From NCBI GenBank assembly GCA_047639575.1, contig JBLIOB010000001.1:178-64177 (forward strand): DNA of 64,000 bases, read 5' to 3'. Origin of the DNA: Parvicellaceae bacterium (lineage in GTDB: Bacteria; Bacteroidota; Bacteroidia; Flavobacteriales_D; Parvicellaceae). Position numbers and translations under genes: made by a program. The notes below the pieces were generated by a model. It saw nothing but the letters and a program-made list of their open reading frames with translations. It searched no databases and was not told the origin of the DNA. Shown one piece after another: positions 57,672 through 64,000 of the stretch; the first letter of the stretch is position 1, and each line of letters begins with the position of its first letter.

Positions 57672-58182
57672 AATAATAATACCTATTCTAACCTCTCTGT
57701 TTCTATTTTCATGCTCTGCAGTTGAAAAGAAACCCGTTCACATATTAGTGAATGAAGAAATTTTAGACCCTCTTCAAATGTATCAGGATTTTGATCTAGA
57801 GCAATTACAAAATCTAACAGGGCTATCTGAACAAGATTCAGTTAATGTGAATTATGAGATTAATGGCAAAACCGTTTTATTCTCATTGATTAACCGAGGT
57901 AAAACTTCGGTTATTGTAGGGAAACAACAAAACGTAAAAACGTCCGAAGGTGAGGATCAACAATATTATTTAGAGGGTACAGAATATAAAAACTTAACAA
58001 TGGTTACTATCTCATTGCATGAAGAACATATTGTGAATACAGGCGATAAGTTTGAATTGGAAGTTGAATTTGAAGAATATGGAAATTATCTGGTGGGCTT
58101 TTTATATCACATGGAAAATGGTGGAACCGCAATTACTAATATCCGTTGGAAATATTCTGAAATATTTGATTTAGGCAAGTGA
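57664..58182 (+). CDS. Lipoprotein, hypothetical
   Basis: Start placed at MRKIIIPILTSLFLFSCS (lipobox) rather than the ORF-track start 57637. Confidence 0.45.
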   Translation: MRKIIIPILTSLFLFSCSAVEKKPVHILVNEEILDPLQMYQDFDLEQLQNLTGLSEQDSVNVNYEINGKTVLFSLINRGKTSVIVGKQQNVKTSEGEDQQYYLEGTEYKNLTMVTISLHEEHIVNTGDKFELEVEFEEYGNYLVGFLYHMENGGTAITNIRWKYSEIFDLGK

Positions 58183-58829
58183 CAAAAAGTGAAAGCGTTG
58201 AATACGTTATTCGGGAGCTTGAGAACCTTTACCCCGAAACTCCAATTCCATTGGATCATAGTAATAATTATACTCTTCTCGTTGCAGTGCTTCTTTCTGC
58301 TCAGTGCACGGACGTTAGGGTAAATAAAACGACCCCTGAATTATTTGCGCTAGCTGACAATCCTCATGATATGATCTTGGTGTCTACCGAAGAAATCAGG
58401 CAAATAATAAGACCATGTGGCTTGTCTCCAAGAAAGTCAAAAGCAATAACAGATCTATCTCATTTACTAATAGAGCATCACGAAGGCGAAGTTCCAGCCT
58501 CATTTGAAGCATTAGAAGCTTTACCTGGCGTAGGACATAAAACAGCTTCGGTTGTTATGGCTCAAGCCTTTAAAGTCCCTGCTTTTCCGGTTGACACGCA
58601 CATCCATCGGTTAATGTATAGATGGAACTTAACCAATGGAAAAAATGTAGATCAGACGGAAAAGGATGCTAAAAGACTTTTCCCTAAAGAACTTTGGAAT
58701 AAATTGCACCTGCAAATCATATTCTATGGGCGCGAATATTCTCCGGCACGTGGTTGCAAGTACGATGTTGATTTCATTACCAGAACAATAGGTAGGAAAT
58801 CGGAAATTGATAAAATGAAACTGGATTAA
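58179..58829 (+). CDS. nth: Endonuclease III-like HhH-GPD DNA glycosylase lacking the C-terminal Fe-S Cys cluster
   Basis: 216 aa. HhH LPGVGHKTASVV with the catalytic Lys, and VDTHIHRL with the Asp. The C-terminus has only one Cys instead of the C-x6-C-x2-C-x5-C cluster. Confidence 0.75.
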   Translation: MTKSESVEYVIRELENLYPETPIPLDHSNNYTLLVAVLLSAQCTDVRVNKTTPELFALADNPHDMILVSTEEIRQIIRPCGLSPRKSKAITDLSHLLIEHHEGEVPASFEALEALPGVGHKTASVVMAQAFKVPAFPVDTHIHRLMYRWNLTNGKNVDQTEKDAKRLFPKELWNKLHLQIIFYGREYSPARGCKYDVDFITRTIGRKSEIDKMKLD

Positions 58830-59686
58830 TGAGTGATGTAATTCGCATAGGCGGTGTTCCTGAACATTTTAATCTTCCTTGGCATTTGGCGATGGAAGAA
58901 GGCTTATTTACTGATCAAGGTCTTGATGTTTCGTGGGAGGATTTCCCAGGAGGCACTGGAGCTATGGCTAGGGAATTGCGTCATGGTAAAATAGACGTTG
59001 CATTAATTCTTACGGAGGGTATCGTTGCGGATATTGTAAAAGGAAATAAAACTTCGATTGTAGGGTTTTATGTAAAGTCACCCCTAACCTGGGGAGTTCA
59101 TACTTCAGCACATAACGACTTTCAGCAGCCAGAAGACATTAAAAACAAGTTGTTTGCTATAAGTAGATGGGGTTCTGGATCTCATTTAATGGCTTACGTA
59201 TACGCAGAACAAAAAGGTTGGGTGCGAGATGATTTTGACTTTAGAGTAGTAGCTAATTTAAAAGGAGCTCGTGAAACGTTAGGTTATCAGGGAGCTAACC
59301 TATTTCTCTGGGAGAAGTTCACAACTAAACCATTGGTCGATTCTGGTGAATTAAGACTCATTGACAGTATTAAAACTCCATGGCCATGTTTTGTTATTGC
59401 TGTCAGAAATGAAATTCTGGCCACTCGACTTGACGATATTAAGTCATTAATTCAGATCATTAAGAAAAGGTCGGAGGTTTTTATGCAGCAATCCAGTGCA
59501 ATTGAATTGATCTCCAATCGATACGGTATTGAAAAAAAGGATGCTGAACAGTGGATGAATATGACTGAATGGGAAACTACAAATGATATTCATCCGGAGG
59601 TAATTCAAAAAGTACAAGACACACTTCAGAACTTAGGCGTTATTTCAAATCAAATGAACTACGAAGACTTTTGCATTAGTCTTTAA
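58829..59686 (+). CDS. NMT1/THI5-like periplasmic-binding-fold protein (no signal peptide)
   Basis: 285 aa. IRIGGVPEHFNLPW N-terminus is typical of SsuA/THI5-like binding-fold proteins. Confidence 0.4.
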   Translation: MSDVIRIGGVPEHFNLPWHLAMEEGLFTDQGLDVSWEDFPGGTGAMARELRHGKIDVALILTEGIVADIVKGNKTSIVGFYVKSPLTWGVHTSAHNDFQQPEDIKNKLFAISRWGSGSHLMAYVYAEQKGWVRDDFDFRVVANLKGARETLGYQGANLFLWEKFTTKPLVDSGELRLIDSIKTPWPCFVIAVRNEILATRLDDIKSLIQIIKKRSEVFMQQSSAIELISNRYGIEKKDAEQWMNMTEWETTNDIHPEVIQKVQDTLQNLGVISNQMNYEDFCISL

Positions 59687-59909
59687 ACTCCTATTCTAGC
59701 TACCGATTCTCCCCTCAACTTCAATTAATCTCATTAATCCATTTCTTTTTCACTATTTACAAAGTACGTATTACATTGTGACACTACCATTTTTAATACT
59801 TCATTGATTATAATTAACCACCCACTAAAGTACGCATAATTTCAAAACAGTGTTTCACGGCCCATCGTCTCGAGCTAGGTTTACAATGTCAAACAAACAC
59901 ACAGACATT

Positions 59910-60611
59910 ATGAAAACTTTAAGAAACACAACAATGATTATAGCTATTCTTTTAACCGGATTATTCAGTAACCAACTATTCGCAAATACAGTTATTGGCG
60001 AATTAGAAAAAGAAAATCCGATTCAGAAAAAACGAGAGAAATTAAAGCAACTAAGAAAATTTAAAAGAAGTATCAATAAAAAATCCAACCTCGCGGGATT
60101 CTCTTACCATCAAAAAATGTACGTAGTTAATGCAGACATCTCAACAGTTTGGGAAGCTTATACGCAAGCTAAACCCACGGAAGTTTGGAAAGGACCTTTA
60201 AACACTTTCAAGAATTCTTATTCACAGGCAGATGATACATTATATGACACAAATGATTCTCTAATTCCATCAATAGAATTGGGGATGGTATTTGAATTGA
60301 ATTTGAGAGTCGCTAAGTTAATGGATGTAGCCGTTGCCTTTCAAATTACGGAACTTGATTCTACTAATAAGCTCATCGAATTCACTTATGGTAAAGACAA
60401 CAAATCTCATGGAAGACAACGTATAGTATTCATCGCGGACGGAGCTCAAACAATCATTGCTCATTACTCAAACTTTAAAAGTAGCAGCAAGTTTAGAGAC
60501 AAGCATTTATATCCATTGTTTCATGAGAGATGTATGGATGAGTTTCACGCTAACATGAACAAGTCTATCCTTAACGAACAAGTAACAGAACTATTAAGCT
60601 CATTAAAATAA
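59910..60611 (+). CDS. Secreted hypothetical protein
   Basis: Signal peptide MKTLRNTTMIIAILLTGLFSNQLFA at ATG 59910. The ORF-track GTG start at 59850 is probably too early. Confidence 0.45.
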   Translation: MKTLRNTTMIIAILLTGLFSNQLFANTVIGELEKENPIQKKREKLKQLRKFKRSINKKSNLAGFSYHQKMYVVNADISTVWEAYTQAKPTEVWKGPLNTFKNSYSQADDTLYDTNDSLIPSIELGMVFELNLRVAKLMDVAVAFQITELDSTNKLIEFTYGKDNKSHGRQRIVFIADGAQTIIAHYSNFKSSSKFRDKHLYPLFHERCMDEFHANMNKSILNEQVTELLSSLK

Positions 60612-60623
60612 ACATAGGGATTA

Positions 60624-60675
60624 AGGTAGGTGGTTGATGTGTTTGTTTAACCTACCTCCCTTTGTTTGTTTAATT
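60624..60675 (+). terminator. Hairpin plus T-rich tract after 59910..60611
   Basis: AGGTAGGT-18 nt loop-ACCTACCT followed by CCCTTTGTTTGTTTAATTTTTT. Confidence 0.4.
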
Positions 60676-60736
60676 TTTTACCTCGGTACTAAATAGATCT
60701 CGAAGTAATCCAGTATAGCCCACTGGAGAAATGAAG

Positions 60737-60768
60737 GCTTGACGTTTACGTCAGGCTTTTTGTTTCGA
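60737..60768 (+). terminator. Strong intrinsic terminator in an intergenic region
   Basis: GCTTGACG-TTTA-CGTCAGGC (8 bp including one G-U pair) followed by TTTTTGTTT. Confidence 0.6.
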
Positions 60769-61181
60769 AATTTTAATCAAAGCTGTTGAAGGGAATGGAG
60801 TGTCACAGATCATTAATATTGACAAGAGTGGAGCAAACACATCCGCCATTGTTGCAAACCTTCAATATCCTAAATGTTCTGGGAGTCTAGCCTCAAAAAC
60901 AACGTTAGGAAACGAAACCTCCACGCTAGGAAATTCAATGACTCCAGACTCCAATATATCACGTAAACTTCGGCACACATGAAAAATTTTCACACATAAT
61001 AAATAAACGGTATGTCCATAACCTTTATTGAACCTTCACGTATATTGAAGAACGTGATTCTCAGTTTGTTTTCATTTCACTAATTTGAGTTGATTATATC
61101 CTGCAAAATCAACTGTAGAAAACAAAGTCATTTGCAGTATAAGGATCACATTTTATTAATAATATTAATCATTACTATATT

Positions 61182-63122
61182 ATGAAAAAGACAATATTAA
61201 TTGCAACTCTAGCCCTATACAGTTTAACAAACTTTGGACAAGTTATTAATCTAGGAACTGCGGCTGATTTTGTCCTCTTTACTACCACAGGAGCTGTTAG
61301 TAATACAGGAATTTCTCATGTAACTGGGGATGTGGGCACAACTGCGGGTGCAATTAGCGGTTTTAGCAATATAGATGGTGTAAATCATAATGGTGATGCA
61401 ACAAGTTTTAATGCCTCAACTGACTTATTAACTGCTTACAAACAACTACACGCAGCTGTACCAACTTTCTTTCCTGGTCCATTACTGGGATATGGACAAA
61501 GATTCTTTGCGGGCGTTTTCTCAATTCCCCAAGCCGCCTCACTTGACGATTGCTTAATATTAGATGGGCAAGGAGATTCAAATGCTGTATTTATTATTCA
61601 GATACAAGGCACATTTTCTACCGGCCCTTCAGCTAAAGTTAGGTTGATTAATGGGGCATTAGCCTGTAATGTATTTTGGAAAGTTGAGGGTGCAATTAGC
61701 ATGGGTGCGGGAACTTTAATGAGAGGCAATCTTATTGCAAACAATGGGGCAATTCATATGGCTGCAGGTGACACATTAGAAGGTAGAGCTTTCTCAACCA
61801 CAGGAGCAATTACAATAGATGGAACACTAGCATTTATGCCAAAAGGAGATGGAAGGGCAATTCTTACCGGCCCTAATGCACCGGCTCTTGGCTCAACTAT
61901 AAACTATTCTGTATTTTCTTCTAATGGGTTAGTTAGAGATAATGGCTTAACACATTTAGCCGGTGATGTTGGAACAAATTTAGGTTCAACTTCAGGTTAC
62001 AATCCTTTGAACGTAGCAGGCACTATTCACCCTATTCCAGATGCCTCTACATTATTATGCTCAAGCGATTTACTTAATATTTATAATTATCTCAATGCTT
62101 TACCTTCTGATATCGAACTACTATATCCTGTACAATTTGGAAACAAATTAGTACTTACACCACATGTATATCTTATGAATGCTGCAGCTGTATTAACTGA
62201 CACATTATACTTGAATGCACAAGGTAATGCGAATGCGGTTTTTGTTATCAAAATAAATGGAGCTCTTACTACAAGTACCTATGCAAAAGTAAAATTGATT
62301 AACAGCGCCCAATCAAAAAATATATTTTGGTTAATCAATGGAGCAGCTACATTAAATAACTATTCTGTATTTAGAGGAACAATCATTTGTAATAATGCGT
62401 CAATTGTTTTAAACGTTGGGGCAAGTATTGATGGTTCAATATTTACAACCGCTGGGAATATAACAACAACTTCAGATACTATTAGAGATTTAAATCTTAC
62501 TTCAACGAATCTTCCAGGTATAATCTGTACATGTCCGATTCTTTCTACCCTTCCTATTGAATTACTGTCATTTACAGGCGAGTACTATAATCAAAGCATA
62601 GTATTGGAATGGAGTACTGCAACTGAAATAAATAATGACTATTTCGAAGTATTAAGAAGTACCAATGGAATATCATATGAAGTGCTTGAAACTATTAATG
62701 GAGGTGGAAATTCAACGACAATGTTGGCTTATGACTTTACAGATTCAAATCCCGCTGATGGCACAAATTATTATATGCTTAGACAAACTGATTATGACGG
62801 TCAGTTCGAAGAATATGGTCCGGAGGTAGTTGATGTATTAAATGCAGTTGATGAAAGCATGTGCGTTTTAACTGTATATCCAAACCCTTGTCCAGGTAAT
62901 TGCAGAGCAAAGCTTTCAGAGTGCCCTAAAGGCTCTTCCGAAATTCGTTTAATGATGACGGATGCAACGGGGCATATCATAAATGAAATTTATGCGATTA
63001 GAGATTATGATGGAACATTTGATATTCAAATTGATACTAGCAACAATCTTAAGCCAGGATTATACATAATCACAACTGTTGTTGGTGAAGAAAAGATCTC
63101 AGAAAAGTTAATAGTAGGATAA
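61182..63122 (+). CDS. Tandem DUF3494 ice-binding-like protein with T9SS C-terminal sorting domain
   Basis: 646 aa. Two copies of the LGTAADFVLFTTTGAVSNTG..HVTGDVGT / LGSTINYSVFSSNGLVRDNG..HLAGDVGT start motif with ...AVFIIQI / AVFVIKI beta-solenoid cores. C-terminal VYPNPCPG...GLYIITT sorting domain. Confidence 0.75.
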   Translation: MKKTILIATLALYSLTNFGQVINLGTAADFVLFTTTGAVSNTGISHVTGDVGTTAGAISGFSNIDGVNHNGDATSFNASTDLLTAYKQLHAAVPTFFPGPLLGYGQRFFAGVFSIPQAASLDDCLILDGQGDSNAVFIIQIQGTFSTGPSAKVRLINGALACNVFWKVEGAISMGAGTLMRGNLIANNGAIHMAAGDTLEGRAFSTTGAITIDGTLAFMPKGDGRAILTGPNAPALGSTINYSVFSSNGLVRDNGLTHLAGDVGTNLGSTSGYNPLNVAGTIHPIPDASTLLCSSDLLNIYNYLNALPSDIELLYPVQFGNKLVLTPHVYLMNAAAVLTDTLYLNAQGNANAVFVIKINGALTTSTYAKVKLINSAQSKNIFWLINGAATLNNYSVFRGTIICNNASIVLNVGASIDGSIFTTAGNITTTSDTIRDLNLTSTNLPGIICTCPILSTLPIELLSFTGEYYNQSIVLEWSTATEINNDYFEVLRSTNGISYEVLETINGGGNSTTMLAYDFTDSNPADGTNYYMLRQTDYDGQFEEYGPEVVDVLNAVDESMCVLTVYPNPCPGNCRAKLSECPKGSSEIRLMMTDATGHIINEIYAIRDYDGTFDIQIDTSNNLKPGLYIITTVVGEEKISEKLIVG

Positions 63123-63289
63123 TGTAAGTTGATACCCTTAAAATAGACCATTTGTTACGTGATTTTCATAGTCTTTTTTATGCGGTTTGCATGTCCTTAA
63201 ATATCCATTTTTTCAAAGTTTCGTCCCGAAAAGGTAACCGAATTAACTATTTATCCTAACCCAATAAAAAGTAAAATTTATCAAACGAA

Positions 63290-63975
63290 ATGGACGCCAG
63301 CACATAGTCGAGTACACGGGGTCCGCCAGAACTAACTGACGGACTGCGCCTCTCACACCACAGGTCCTTCGTCAGGCTCAGAATAAACCAAGCGGGTCTC
63401 GTACTTGGCGGTTCACTGAGCGTACTATAAAAGCTCTTTTCACCGGTTGAAGCTATTCTCTACTTTCATAAAGGGCTATAACTCTACTGGAAAACTATCC
63501 GTAACGTAGAAATTACTCCCTATTCAATTTCGAAAAGACTATCGTTAAGTCCTTCCCTACTTTACGCAGGTACTATGACCGCTGCTGACTTCTCTGCTTT
63601 GCCAACTCGTGATTAGCCCAATGCGGCAAGCTGGCTCGTTCGCTAAAATGATTTACAAAATCATTTTTTTTCCGCTCCGCCCTCCAGGTAATTGCATCTT
63701 CTTTCATTCGATCCCTGCCGCATCTAGATAATTGACCTTTTGTAATTCTTTGGGGCTTTGCAAAGATGTGCTTGCTTACCCGATCAACTATACCCCATAT
63801 GCTGTTCCTGCTTGGTTTATCCTGAGCTCTTGTCGAAGGGTCAGTTCAGACTTTTGTAGTCGGTATTTGTTCTTTATTCAATCACAAATAACTTCAGTCC
63901 TAACCTCACGGTTAGAGACATTGAAGCTTACTAATGGTTCAAGCCATTACACCTGCCCACAAGAGACTTGCACCC
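63290..63975. other. ORF-free, GC-richer region with multiple hairpins and long-range complementarity (unassigned, possible large structured RNA or decayed repeat element)
   Basis: No credible ORF (none in the track for 63123-63731; only a spurious 82-aa ORF after that). By eye, far more G+C than the flanks. 63377-63393 is complementary to 63810-63826 (17 nt) and 63621-63628 to 63716-63723 (8 nt). Local hairpins at 63900-63916 and 63923-63940. Confidence 0.3.
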
Positions 63976-64000
63976 TCTAGATTAATCCCTATATTTATAA

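Noticed and set aside
60800-60982. 60-aa ORF in the spacer upstream of the ice-binding gene, and the 82-aa ORF at 63732-63980.
   Set aside because: Both have non-ATG or weak starts, low-complexity Ser/Thr/Asn-rich or Cys/Ser-rich products, no ribosome-binding context and no family motif. The second lies in the putative structured-RNA region.
63290-64000. rRNA operon end (5S/23S) or group II intron on the minus strand.
   Set aside because: Short resemblances are isolated: AACCGTGAGG like the 23S 3' end, GTGCA near 63975, and an AU-GAAA-GU hairpin at about 63455-63480. Universally conserved 23S/5S blocks are absent. AT-rich stretches interrupt the region. The best domain-V-like hairpin has only a 3-bp lower helix.
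1-64000. CRISPR arrays, IS transposases and rRNA genes anywhere in the window.
   Set aside because: I saw no regularly spaced short direct repeats and no DDE or other transposase ORF. The only recombinase is the island's tyrosine integrase. No rRNA signature blocks were found. The only multi-copy sequences are the att repeats and the 12-mer arm repeats.

Overview
Low-GC Bacteroidota-type chromosome segment. Evidence: T9SS C-terminal sorting domains, a TTTG-N19-TAnnTTTG promoter, and gene content. (1) 0.2-20.4 kb is one almost gap-free minus-strand gene train. It runs sigma-54 response regulator, H-NOX haem sensor, hybrid histidine kinase, receiver-like ORF, tail-anchored receiver, then Wza, Wzc, Wzx, Wzy, five glycosyltransferases, an unusual double-kinase fusion, a WecA-like initiating transferase, and a second tail-anchored receiver. 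An SRP RNA lies at the far left. This looks like a gas-sensor-controlled exopolysaccharide locus with an unusual membrane-anchored phosphorelay output. (2) 20.6-30.9 kb holds housekeeping genes (ruvX, dapD, tsaC), a TonB-dependent receptor with two response regulators, CBM9-like and GHL10-like proteins, and tRNA-Asp. (3) 30.9-48.7 kb is a 17.7-kb integrative island inserted at the 3' end of tRNA-Asp. It is bounded by 98-bp direct repeats with a tyrosine integrase at the far end. It carries an Mrr-nuclease/STAND NTPase, an OLD-family ATPase-Toprim gene tightly coupled to an HNH nuclease (my best candidate for an undescribed defence module), an orphan 401-aa gene, an excisionase/DUF3987 module, and a 1832-aa BNR/beta-helix T9SS protein with a partner. 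(4) 48.8-63.1 kb is core genes (aroC, nth-like, OmpA-family, a DAACS transporter) plus a tandem-DUF3494 ice-binding-like T9SS protein. (5) 63.3-64.0 kb is an ORF-free, visibly GC-richer stretch with long-range complementarity that I could not assign to any RNA family. No CRISPR array, rRNA or IS transposase was seen. All domain calls come from motif recognition by eye, not from searches.
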